Positions 27,045 through 39,336 of a stretch of 64,000 nt of DNA are shown one piece after another; the first letter of the stretch is position 1, and each line of letters opens with the position of its first letter. The translations under genes were made by a program, and so were the position numbers. Source of the DNA: Mizuhopecten yessoensis (Eukaryota); the NCBI RefSeq assembly GCF_002113885.1, contig NW_018403589.1, forward strand, positions 1,494,813 to 1,558,812, given 5' to 3'. The notes below the pieces were generated by a model, which made no database searches, was not told the DNA's origin, and saw only the letters and a list, made by a program, of their open reading frames with translations.

Positions 27045-27790
27045 ATGTAACACAATGGAATTCACTCAACTCCTGTATAAAGTCAACCCAATCTCTTGTT
27101 GCATTTAAAAACTGTTTCAAACATGACGTTGTTCCTATTCCAAAATTTTTAACAGTAGGAGATAGAAAATTTACAATTTTACACACCAGACTTCGGAACA
27201 AATGCAGCAGTTTTCAATATGACATTTATAGAGTTAACCTCAGTGATAACCCTTATTGTTTATGTGGGGAAGTAGAAAATGTACATCACTATTTCTATAC
27301 ATGTCCAAATTACTCAACTGTTAGAAATCACCTGGTAAGAAATCTTAAGAACTTAAATCTTCCAGAGATCCTCCTAACAGACATAAACACACTTCTCTGG
27401 GGTAATCATGATCTCACTTTTGAACAAAACAGTAAAACCTTTACCTATGTATGTAAGTACATTAAGGATACAAACCGCTTCTAGTAAGTAGTCTTAATTA
27501 CAACAATTACATCATGTTCGAGGATTAAATTTTCTTTTTCTGTGTGAAAACCTCGGTTAATTCTCTATGAGTAGGTCGGGGTACAGAGAAACAGTCGTCA
27601 ACAACCTATTTTAATAATTCAACTTAAATTAAAAAAAAATAAAGAATATCAAAAAAATTGAAATGTACATGTTAAGACAGCTATGATGTACGTAAAATGT
27701 ATGTAAGTTCGGAGAGGGCTTAATTAAGTTGTAAGAACTTGTGCCCAATCTTTTTTGTCATTTTCAAGGCAATACAAATATGTTTAAACA
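27045..27790 (+). mobile_element. 5'-truncated CR1-like LINE 3' end
   Basis: ORF 27020-27484: QWNSL...FK...ILHTRLRNKCSS...PYCLCGEVENVHHYFYTCPNY...LLWG...YIKDTNRF (ORF2 C-terminal zinc knuckle), then a 3' UTR ending AATACAAATATGTTTAAAC. Confidence 0.85.
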
Positions 27791-28894
27791 AATTGCTGAG
27801 GAATAAACTTACAAAAGATGCAGGTATATGGAGCCTATAAGCAAGTTGATGGTCGCAAAAAATATCGACATTTTTGTTATGCTCATTAGTGAATCGTCGA
27901 TGGAGCAGAAGACGTATACATTTTTTTCTCCCCCTTTTTTTTTTTGTTTCTTTATTTTGCAAGAATTTTCATGTTTATGTTTCCTTTGATTTTAGCTTTC
28001 ATTTCACCATCGATTTTGAGTAAGAGTGACTGTTTTTTGGCATTCTCTTATTTTGTTTTGTTTGGACTATTTTCCTAGAAGTACACCAGGTTATTATCAA
28101 GATAAACAGCAAAGTGTACATGCAGTTTGAATACGTCTCTCTTGGCCACTATTTCGTAGCAATCCTATGCTGTAATGTGTAGGCTAATGTCTAACGTTAT
28201 CTCGTCTGACTTGCAGTGGAACTGAACCTGGATACAAGTCTGACATATGTGAACTTATCAACCTTATGTATTATCTTCATACTATTACACAAACATAGTC
28301 AAGGAACGAAAGGATTGACAGCTATCAACAACTTCAGCTTTCATTATGTAAGTATAAAGTAATCGTCATAGGTATCTTTAATATCAAAATGAAGATAGCA
28401 AGATAAATTCGACGTCTGTCTTGTTTTCGTCAGTGTGTGTTTAGAGGAGCTCCGTTGACATAGACACTTTCGTTCCTGGCTAACGCGACTTGAGTCGTTG
28501 CTACAATACCTACGAACTCCTGTGAACGAAAACGTATGTCCCCTAAAACATTAAATAGATAGTACCGATGGGATTACTAAGGATCGTCTGTCTACAATTA
28601 ATTTCCTGTCAAAACATTTATAGAATTAAAGGTATTTTGTTAAAGATATGGTTTTATAATAAGAACATAAACAAATGTGGCTTTATAGTAATGACACGTT
28701 ATGTTAACTAGGTTCCAAATGTCAAATAACAAAAATGTAAAACGTGTGAAATGTATTGACAACAGTCGTTGATAAGTCCGTTTCTGTTTGTACAGCAGTG
28801 TCTTATCACAGGTTGCCTTCAGGTAGCATACAGCTTAACTTAACAATATAGCTGACACCGTAAGATAAGGTCCAAGAACGAGCATTCCAATAAA

Positions 28895-29610
28895 CCTCTC
28901 CGAGACCACCAATGGCAAACAGTCTCCGAGATCACCCCTGGCAAACAGTGTCCGAGATCACCCCTGGCAACAGTCTCCGATACCACCCTTGGCAAACAGT
29001 CCCCGAGACCACCCTTGGCGAACAAGTCTCCGAGACCACCCCTGGCAAACAGTCTCCGAGACCACCCTTGGCAAACAGTCCCCGAGACCACCCTTGGCGA
29101 ACAAGACTCCGAGACCACCCCTGGCAAACAGTGTCCGAGACCACCCTTGGCAAACAGTCTATGAGACCACCCTTGGCGAACAAGTCTCCGAGACCACCCC
29201 TGGCAAACAGTCTCCGAGTCCACCCTTGGCAAACAGTCCCCGAGTCCCCCCTTGGCGAACAGTCTCCGAGACCACCCCTGGCAAACAGTCTCCAAGACCA
29301 CCCCTGGCAAACAGTCTCCGAGATCCCCCCTGGCAAACAGTCTCCAAGACCACCCCTGGCAAACAGTCTCCGAGGTCACCCCTGGCAAACAGTCTCCAAG
29401 ACCACCCCTGGCAAACAGTCTCCGAGATCACCCCGGGCAAACAGTCTCCAAGACCACCCTTGGCAAACAGTCTCCGAGACCACCCCTGGCAAACAGTCTC
29501 CAAGACCACCCTTGGCAAACAGTCCCCGAGTCCACCCTTGGCAAACAGTCTCCGAGACCACCCCTGGCAAACAGTCTCCGAGACCACCATTGGCAAACAG
29601 AGAGACCATC
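28895..29610. repeat. 26-bp GC-rich minisatellite, ~27 copies
   Basis: Unit CTCCGAGACCACCCCTGGCAAACAGT; accounts for all overlapping ORFs at 28840-29687. Confidence 0.96.
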
Positions 29611-30099
29611 ACAGCCATATCTGTCAGTTTATGGCAAGAGGGTTAGCCTCTTTTAGCAGAATGGTTAAGGTAAAACAAGCCATTTGAAAGATTGTTTGGT
29701 AAGCCCTATATTCCAACCCCTTCATAAGTCATATTTAAATACCCTGATGAAATATCGATGTTTTTATGTTTTATATCAAATGCATGTAGCAGCACATTTC
29801 CGCGATTTCGCGGGTCCAGTTTTGGATAAAAAACGCGAAAATTGAGGTCCGCGTAAACAACCCGTTATAACGGTATTTAACGTGAAATTTAATAATTAGA
29901 ATAGTACACAGCTAGGATAACTTAAATCAACATTTAGGCATTGCAGCCGCCAACCAATATGATTGAGAAACCACTAAAAATCTCCAGTACAAAATGTATT
30001 ATCTTCAGGCTATGAATTAAAAAAGCAACGGGTAAGTAACATTAAGCATTCCTCCCTCCCCGGGAAATAATTGTTGATGTGGCGTTGTCCTACTGTTGT

Positions 30100-30113
30100 G
30101 TTTCTATGGCAAC
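30100..30113. promoter_or_regulatory. Candidate RFX X-box
   Basis: GTTTCTATGGCAAC matches the X-box consensus GTHNYY-AT-RRNAAC exactly, 62 bp upstream of the first large monooxygenase coding exon; a near-match GTTGCCATGACAAT lies at 26091-26104. Confidence 0.45.
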
Positions 30114-30175
30114 ACTCACCGTTATCTTTGTGACATTGATACTTTTGTAATGAGATGATTATGTCGTCTTTGTAG

Positions 30176-33100
30176 GCTAACTATAACTACCCTTCCTGTG
30201 ATATTTATGCTGGTGTTGTGTTGTCACATTGGTACTGTCGTCTGTGAACAGCCGTTGGAAGAAGACCTAAAACACTTTGACATTCGAATCCCTACGCTAG
30301 ACGTACCGACGAAACGAACGCACTATGTATGTCAGAAGTTTAAGGTAAGTAAAGTGATCAATGGAGTTAGATCCTTATACAGGTGTCTTTTACTTCACTC
30401 GACTGCTGTAAAACAATATAACGTTAGATCAAGGGTTTCTGTTACCTGGTATTTATTTTTCGTACAAGCTCAAGGAAATAATAACGCTGTATTTCGAAAA
30501 ACTACATCGAAATGTCGAGTTCTTATATAGATATTTCGAGATAGTTACATGAAGAAAACGAAACAAACAAGTACTTGGACTTAATGCTCCTCCGTACGAG
30601 AAGAATTTCTCTAACGTTATATTGTGATTTAATTTCCCTCGCGTTGTGTCGTTCATCCAACAATATTTACAGTCCTAACTGACATTCACTCAGTAACCAT
30701 TGTTCTCGTAAACCGTATTTATCATATCACAGCTTAACCATAGAGTGTGACCAGTTTCCATAAGGTCGACAACAATACATACTGGCGAAATACATTATTG
30801 TGTGATGTAATAAAAAGAAAAGTGGTTGGAGTCAACCAATGGTTATGCAAACGTAAGGCTGTTGCATATTTTGAACCGATTACATGTAAATGTTCTAAAA
30901 ATAAAATGTGTATGCAGTCTACGCGTGCTCAACTTGACTTTTCACTTCATAACCTGACCAAGCCAGAACATAATTCCTTCAACATTTCTCGAGATGTCTT
31001 GAGTGGTATTATTTATCTGCTTTGGGATAATTTCCCTTGTTATTAAGGTATCATGTTTTAATGTTATTTCAATAATTTGGTAGGAAATATAAATGATATC
31101 ATTTAACTCAAGCGAGATCATACCCCTAACAAATCTGCTACACTTCTAAGGTGCCTGACACGGACACGTTCCATGCAGTAGCGTTCGAACCCCTCATCTC
31201 TAACCATCACGTGGTGCACCACATGCTGTTGTTCGGATGTGACTTTGATGTCCAGGACACGGTAGGTCTCACCATCACGTGCTGCACCACATGCTGTTGT
31301 TTGGATGTGACTTTGATGTCCAGGACACGGTAGGTCTAACCATCACGTGATGCATCACATGCTGTTGTTTGGGTGCGACTGTGATGTCCAGATTACGGTA
31401 GGTCTAACCATCACGTGATGCGTCACATGCTGTTGTTTGGATGCGACTGTGATGTCCAGGACACGGTAGGTCTAACCATCACGTGATGCACCACATGCTG
31501 TTGTTTGGGTGTGACTTTGATGTCCAGGATAGGTAGGTCTAACCATCACGTGATGCACCACATACTGTTGTTTAGGTGTGATTTTGATGTCCAGGACACG
31601 GTAGGTCTAACCATCACGTGATGCATCACATGCTGTTGTTTTGGTGCGACTGTGATGTCCAGATTACGGTAGGTCTAACCATCACGTGATGCGCCACATG
31701 CTGTTGTTTGGGTGTGACGTTGATGTCCAGGACACGAGAGATCTAACCATCACGTGATGCACCACATGCTGTTGTTCAGATGTGACTTTGAGGTCCAGGA
31801 CACGGTAGGTCTAACCATCACGTGGTGCACCACATGCTGCTATTTGGGTGCGACTGTGATGTCCAGGACACGGTAGGTCTAACCATCACGTGATGCCCCA
31901 CAAGTTTGGTTGTGACTTTTCAGTCCAGGACCCGGTAGGTCTTACCATCACGTGATGCACCACATGTTGTTGTTTGGGTGTGACTTTGATGTCCAGGACA
32001 TGGTAGGTCCGACCGAGCCTCATATCTACTTCTTCCTCCCTTAACTTCCATCACAATATTTTGCCTCTTTAGCCCGTAATAGCTGTATCCCATTTTAATT
32101 AAGGCGATTTTATATTCATTCCCTATCCAAATGTCGCCCTTAACTGACGTTACTATCAATGTACATATTCCCTTTTATATTTTGGTCGCATTTGACGACA
32201 GTAGGTGCATCAAATGATCCTCAGATCTCTCTTAACTGCTTGGATGCTTGCAATTTACCATAATCATTCATGGTAACTGACGGAATCATAAGTCCCAATC
32301 TCACTGCATAGGTAACTTCACGTTAAACTTTTCTTAAGTCACCTTCATCTTTTTATATTGGCTTTTGCCTTCTTCCTTCTTGAGGCGCTTATATTTAAAG
32401 ATACCCCGTCTGTTATCTGGCTATTGTTTGTTTATTGATTTATTTTTAGGCACCCCATGATTGTTCCGCCGCCGATGGTCAATGTCGGTCATGGCTGGCC
32501 CAATGGACGATAGGAGTAGACGGCAAGATATACACGCCCGACAATGCAGGCGTACGGTTCGGTAAACACAGCTACAAGTACATGTCCTTGCAGATCCACT
32601 GGAACAACGAACAGTTTGCTGAGAATCTCACAGGTACCTTAGAATTGTTGTAAAACACTTTAATTTGTTTGAAAATACCGGATATTCAGTAACTGTGGAA
32701 TATTGGACAATTCTTTAATCGCTTATCAACGTTATCATATATAAAAAGTAGACAAGGTAGGGTCAGGCAAAACAAACACCAAATCAGGCTGGTTCTACTG
32801 AAGAATCTTGGAGGGCAAGACATTTGGTATTCCTTTTTTTGTTGGAGCTGCATTAAAAAGTGGGTTGGGAGTGTCATTCAGAACTTTAACCCTCCGGGCT
32901 TCTTGACGTTGACAAAAGAGGAACAAACTATTGTATCACACTCCGAGCGTCCGAAGAAAGGATATCGGCTAAGGCAGGTTTTGACCATTGGCTTGGCCAG
33001 AGACACTTAGCGACATTAATGGTGGAGTTGTCATCCCTTAATTGTTTTCACGCTACGTTTATTGACTGATAAGGGATAGCATTGGAATACATCAAAAATT

Positions 33101-36100
33101 GGTAGATATTATTGGTAAATCCCATATGAGATAGAGGAAAATCTTCAAGACTATTTTTTAAAACTGAAAAACAGGTAAATAGGGAAGCACCTCTGCACGC
33201 GCCATACATTATACGGATACTTTTTTGGGTCCAGTTTACCATTCAGGAACAACAGTGTTTTTTTGCCATTTTCTTGCTTACAGAGGCATTTATCTTTACC
33301 CTTAATGGGTACCTATCCAGTTATATTTTCTAACTTCGCATTAATGCTATTTTCTTTATTATTCGTAAAGTAACAGTTGATTTTTGCCTTTACTGTAAAA
33401 AACATAATATTTCTTACATTGTATTTCAAATTGATTAAAATGAAATGATCAGTTAAATGAAGTGACAACTTTTATTTGTTGACAGATAACAGTGGGATGC
33501 GGATCTACTACACGTCTAAATTACGTCATTATGACGTAGGAAATGTTCAAATTGGACAACAAGATCTTGACATCCCACCGAACACAGTTCACAACGAGTC
33601 TGGAGGCTGTAGCGGTACCTGTACAGGGGCCATGTTACCGTATCCGGTGTACCTCACCAGGACCTATATCCACATGCATCACCTCGGTCTGTATTCCAAC
33701 ATATCCGCCTATGTACACTAAACGGGTGGCTAATAGTATTGTTGTCACCAAGATATTTGTAATTCCTGTTGATCAATACATATGGAAATATGATTTTTAA
33801 ATGGCAATTAATTAAAACAAAATTTCAATTAAGATTTTAGTGGTTTAGGGAAAGTTTGAATGTCTTAGATAATTTCACAGAAATAATGTTAAAAGTGAGT
33901 AAATAGTTTCTAACTGATAAGATGTTTCTTAATGGACTGAATTGCTAGAAAGACTTTTTTTTTAGATATACTACCCTTCATACTCGATATCCAGGGGTTA
34001 CGCTCACTTTCGCTCTTTGCAACCCTGGAATATGTCTTAGCAAAATCGAAGACTTAGCTTGCAGCACCTTGTGGTTTAGACGGTAAGACTAATGAGATTC
34101 AAAAGAATCTCGCGGTTGCGTAATGGTAAATTGACTGGCTTTGTAGTTGGGCGTCGCACCTTTGTGTCGTCAATTTTGCTACGACATATTCCAGGGGTGC
34201 AGAGAGCGAAAGTGAGCGTAACCCCGGAGTATCAAAGATGATTTCCCTTAAATATTGGAACATATTGGAATATGAAAATTGATTTCAATACCCACCCTTA
34301 ATGAACGAGCAATTTTATATGATTTTATGTTATTTTATGCTGCCATTTTAAGTTTGTTTAGATAATACCATCGCTACATGCAATCATCACCTCTTTATGT
34401 AGGTATCAAGGGTCACTTGGAAGTGTATCGGGATGGCAGATTCTCAAAGAAGGTGGCCTATGACATGGACTACGATTATAAACACTCACCAATCCATGAA
34501 CACGACCCACCCATTGAGATAAGGCCAGGTACGGACATATCTGATGTAATTATTGTTACGTATACTCTGTTTGATTTTATAGTGTATATATATTGTCTAA
34601 ACATTTATGAATCAAACTTCAGGCTTCGATTGAGTAGATATTTATCAAATGTACAATATTTTAATTTCTTGGTTTAAATATATGTACTAGTTTTGCTATC
34701 ATTTACATTGAACTGTTTTATTCAAATTCCGTTGAAAACACTCTATATTCAGAGATTTCGAATAAAAAACACCACACGGTGTTTTTCTTGTGACGATATG
34801 GCTTAGTTTGTAAGTATGACGTCTGACACTCCGTTTCAACTAACGGTTCACTGAAGGCTTTTAGATATGGAATATATACCTTTGGAGGAGAATCTGAAGA
34901 TATCAAACACTTCGTAACTCAGAATCCCTCTGGGGGTGGATATTCCCCCATTTCCCCAAAAAGGGGATAAATGATTCCAACAATCATGATGACGTTATTG
35001 CCCTTTTCCAATCACTAACAGTCGGTACACCTAATTGAAACATAGGTTTGTTTACTTACAGGTGACGAGATCCGCCTTACCTGCACATTCGACTCGTTGA
35101 CGGGAGACAGAAAGAGAAACCATTCCCTATACTTCGGGGAAGGGTCTGATGTAAGACGATTGTTGATGTAAATAATGAGTATGTATATGTAGCGTTCTTG
35201 TATCTATGTAGAGAACTTGTTTGTTTACCAAGTACATTGTTCTTAAAAATAAAATCAGGGCTTTTAATCAAAGGAAAGATTAACATGGAAACCCCTATTA
35301 AACCAAACTTAACTTGTATTTGGTTTTCATTTTGGGTTCATAGACCTGATAGATTTGATCCATTCTGAAAGAGAATACAATTCAGCGTGCTCTTTGTTTG
35401 TCTAATTGCTAGCGAAGTCTTCCACGGAATCTATTAGTATATATCTATCTATCTATATGTTATTAAAATGGCTTTAATGCGGAGGGGGTAAGTACGCATG
35501 CGATGCTTAGCTTCGTTTAGTCCCAGTTGGTGAGGCTTAATGCTTAAATGCCTCTATTCCTTGCGCCCCGACTGTGATGTCGTCCAGGTGGTTGATCCAA
35601 TCTGTGGCTGTTCACACAAAGAATGAGTTTCTGTTTTGTTCTGTATTGCTGTTGGGTATTATGACTGCTCTATTATTGTTCCTGATTGAATTTGGAATTG
35701 GTCTTGATGTCTCCCAGTCCTGGAATTTAAGCTGCCGTGTTTTCCTTTTTTCGCGCTGGAAATGAATAAAGCCTTTGCTAGGCATTGACGGAATTTGCTC
35801 CTCCACGATTTTATAATAGAATGTTAGTCTCTGTTGTTTCCGTCTTGATGCTAGTGGTGGAAGTTGTAGCTCTTTGAGGATGTTTGTCATGAATCCCTCT
35901 TCACTTGTTCTGTAGTCCTTCTGGACGAAACACCTCCCTCTTCACTTGTTCTGTAGTCCTTCTGGACGAAACGCCTCCCTCGCCGTTGAATACTTTCCAA
36001 TTTGTTAATGTAAAAATATCTTTGGATTCATATTCCAATTTATACAGTATATTTCGAATATTACAAGTGGGTTCTACTAAAACTGTTCCTAGTGACATTC

Positions 36101-37908
36101 GGACACCAGCGTTTTCTTAAATATGTTGACAATGAAGCACAAATTCAGATGCAATAGTAACCCAATCATTTTTACAGTACAAGCCCATAATGTTTATTCA
36201 ACAAGTCCTCGCCTGAAGGGTCCAAAGTATCTAAAGACTTCTGCTATCAGTTGGAATGGGAATTTCAGGATGTTTATGGATCCTGTGGAAGCCAAAGAGA
36301 AGACGGGAAAATGCTGACTTTTATTCGCTTTCAGAGTTGGTTTTATTTATCAGGTCCATCATTAAAAAGAATATGCAGTTTCAAATCAAAAATAGAAACA
36401 AGTCACATGTCTGCATTTCTCAGAACAGGTACGTTTTATACCTAGATATGTTTGTTATAAGACTGCTGTAAAGTTTGAAGCTTTAGATATTTTCCTGTAT
36501 CACATACAGGCGGAGATGTGTTACGCCTTCGTGACGTACTTTCCTAACGTTCCATACTTTGACCAGTGTATCCAGTTTGACGAATACGACATCAATTGTG
36601 TTGAACCAGGAAGTAAGTAATACAATCTTTCAAACAATCTTCTTCTGTCTATTTTTTTTACATGATTGATATAGTCTGATTTAATGAGCTGGCTAAGGGT
36701 TGACTGTCCTTCAAGTTTTGCTATAGGCCCTTGATTTGTCTGTCTCTTTTAAGCATATCTAGTAAAACGTTTAAAAGGGCAGAAACTTAAAAACAGGTAA
36801 AATAAGAGAAGTCAAAAACTGTTTTATCAGATTTCCTTGTAAGTATAATAAGCCATGTTAATGCATAAGAGTATTTTCAGTTACCAACTCAACCCCGAGT
36901 TTTGTTGGATGAAACTGTTTTAGCTCTCCTTGAACACTAATGAGGGCAAAGATTCACAAAGCTTGGTTGAATATTTTAGACTTTTGATTCTTTGAACAGA
37001 AAAAGATATACATAAAGAAAACACAGGTGTGTCATAGTTGAAAAAAATGTCTGTTTATGACTGATGCACTTAATTTATTTGAAAATAATAGCAGTTCCTA
37101 TATTTGTAGACGCCATATAGCTTCTTAGAGTGCATTTTGATACAGTTAAAACTTTGATCAATAGTACTGGGTTCTTTTTATTATCACGAAGAACCGTTCA
37201 TGGGAGGTTGTAACTTCGGAAAATTCCAACAGGATCTTCAATCACACCTGTTGGAAGACATCACAACGAAATGTCAAAACAAACTGGCTTTATGTAGTCA
37301 GGAATGCAGGACATCAGTGACCCACCTTCTTGATCATCCTTGCCTTCAGGTTTGTTTGCTTTTAATTCAGGTACATTGTATTTATGTTTCATTGTTTATT
37401 TGATGCATAACCAACAAGTTAAAATTCCGTATTTAATACAAAAACTGTTTCATCTCACAGCTTCATTTTGAGGCGTGACATGTACCATTAGTCCTCATGA
37501 TCAGAAAATATCCGAGCTTTTTTCGGCAATCGATGTTTTGGGTCAAACTGCTTACAAATTCCAGTTTATTTCTTTAATTTGATTAAGCAATATATATAAT
37601 GATGGATACAATTGTTAAACAAAAGATTCTTTTTCTGATTCACTCTGGACTTGTTTGTTTTCTGCAGTAGTCTTCAACTGTCAACTTTTAGTAGTAATAA
37701 AAGGTTGATTTTCCAATACAAATATCATGATGGTCTAATATAGTCACACAACAATAGCAGATTCAACCAAGTTCCATGGGGTTTATTTCAGGGTCGTCTG
37801 GGCTCCTACAGCAAGAGAACGATTCTGTCACAGATGCCAGCATGGACCGACACGTCACAGGTTGTGACCCGCTTCACCGAGGCATGTAATGTAACTCAAA
37901 CCAACTAA
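30176..37908 (+). CDS. Secreted copper type II ascorbate-dependent monooxygenase (DBH/TBH/MOXD1-like), no DOMON domain, ~419 aa
   Basis: Exons 30176-30344, 31151-31261, 32450-32633, 33486-33686, 34403-34528, 35062-35150, 36510-36612, 37192-37349, 37792-37908 (TAA), all GT-AG with matching phases. Hydrophobic N-terminus LPVIFMLVLCCHIGTVVC; THYVC; CuH ligands VHHMLLFGC and LQIHWNN; DNSGMRIYYTSKLR; CuM ligands HMH and EMC; IRPGDEIRLTCTFDS; Cys-rich C-terminus. Start either split AT|G (28346-28347 + 30176) or ATG at 30207. AATAAA at 38237. Confidence 0.92.
31199..32009 (+). repeat. 68-bp exon-derived minisatellite, 12 units (first unit is the real exon end plus donor)
   Basis: Unit GTAGGTCTAACCATCACGTGATGCACCACATGCTGTTGTTTGGATGTGACTTTGATGTCCAGGACACG; GTAGGT at 31262, 31330, 31398, 31466 and onward to ~32003. 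Confidence 0.96.
33979..34240. mobile_element. MITE with ~75-bp TIRs (possibly MULE-type) in a monooxygenase intron
   Basis: CATACTCGATATCCAGGGGTTACGCTCACTTTCGCTCT..CCCTGGAATATGTC.TAGCAAAAT and its inverse ending AAAGATG; flanks ACTACCCTT / ATTTCCCTT (7/9 match). Confidence 0.85.
35440..36005 (-). mobile_element. 5'-truncated CR1-like LINE fragment in a monooxygenase intron
   Basis: ORF 35612-35890 MTNILKELQLPPLASRRKQQRLTFYYKIV...NSFFV preceded by IQRR..RFVQKDY-like sequence (ORF2 C-terminus); (ATAG)n tail near 35440-35457; short internal duplication at ~35897-35972. Confidence 0.8.
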
Positions 37909-38467
37909 CGGAAGTGTCTTTTATTTATATTTATTTCCGACAGAACGGTCAGATTTTCGGATTATTGTTCACATTAAAAAATATTGAATCAAGTTTTAAG
38001 TTATATTTTGTCCTTGACATGGTTTTAATTGAACAGACTGTAAAACATTTCTTTGTGTATTTGCGAGTTATTTTGAGGTTAAATATGATAAAGAATAGGT
38101 TGAAATCACAACAACAAAATTGGCACTCAAAAAAAGAAAGAAAATCCAAAGGATCGGAGAAGACACGTGATTCACTGTCGCTGTTCTATGCAGACAATAC
38201 GTAATTGTGGACAATATCAAAACTGTTGTATTGATGAATAAAACCCTAATACATTGTAACAGGTAACACACATTGAATGACACAGGGAAATGTTCGAGAC
38301 AAGACATTCACAAAATCTTTTAACAAATATCACAAACTGAAAAATATAATAGCAACGAAAAGATCAATTCAAATTGAATTTTTATTCATTTTTTTTTAGT
38401 CAATGAGGAATAGTATGAGTATGGCATATATAGTGTCAAACATGTACATGAACTTAATGGTATCGAT

Positions 38468-38615
38468 GTGGACCAGTATCTAAAGTGGACCAGTACCCAA
38501 AGTAGACCAGTACCAAATTGGACCAGTCCCCAAAGAAGACCAGTACCAAATTGGACCAGTCCCCAAAGTAGACCAGAACCAAAGTAGACCAGAACCAAAG
38601 TGGACCAGTACCAAA
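38468..38615. repeat. 16-17-bp minisatellite
   Basis: Repeated (A/T)GACCAGTACCAAA variants. Confidence 0.88.
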
Positions 38616-39115
38616 AGAGGAGCAGCAGCCATAACTGACCTTGTTTCACAGAACTGTTTCTTAATCTTTATCATTGCTACCAACATCCTTGTAGCTCCCT
38701 GCATCAATACAAATCAAACAAGTTCGACTGTTTCTCAAGAAATGTTCAAGGAAAACAAAGCAAGCTGATCAACAGTTAAAACAGCTTGCCTCAATGTTGC
38801 TTGGCAGACCCTGGACATATTGTTTTCCCTATTGTCTTCAATAACACATCTTATAACACAGCTTAACAATTCATCAATATATCATTTCACTGTAAAATAT
38901 TGCATTTTTTACTCAAATTGGACTCGATGAAACAACCAAAACTGTTTATGAATTTGACTAGATCTGCATTGCCTGTGGGTATGAATACACATTTTTAGAA
39001 TTTGCAAGAATTAATCACACACAATCCATTTTTGATTCTTATTCCATAACATTGCTGACAGAGTGAAGTATCAGCTCACACTACATCACTGTATGATAGT
39101 GCTCCAATGACGGAC

Positions 39116-39336
39116 TCCTGTTAAATCAAATATTTTCGTGGGCCCCAAATTTTGCTTCCTGAAAAAATACCATTTTTTTGGTACATGAAATCGTTGATTA
39201 GAGTACCCACACAAATAGAGAATAGCTTTATGTCAAACTTGTAATAATTTCGTAGACTTATGAATTCGTGGAAGAAGATTCCCCAAGAAATCAAGGAAAT
39301 TAAAAAAACCCAACAAAAATGAGTGATCTCACAGTA
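39116..39336. mobile_element. MITE (TACTGT...ACAGTA type), same family as 63632-63853 in opposite orientation
   Basis: CTGTTAAATCAAATATTTTCGTGGGGCCCCAA...GAGTGATCTCACAGTA is the inverse of the 63.6-kb copy. Confidence 0.7.

Noticed and set aside
28840-29687. Many long overlapping ORFs on both strands
   Set aside because: Products of the stop-poor 26-bp satellite; the same applies to ORFs at 6.7-7.3, 12-13, 16-17.5, 47.3 and 58.2 kb.
30009-30031. 23-nt AG/GT-bounded mini-exon as upstream coding exon of the monooxygenase
   Set aside because: In the required phase it reads GCT ATG AAT TAA (stop); at most a UTR exon.
31262-32009. Repeat units as a cassette of alternative exons (AG|GT inside GTAGGT)
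   Set aside because: No polypyrimidine tract, and the resulting 64-nt exons would shift frame.
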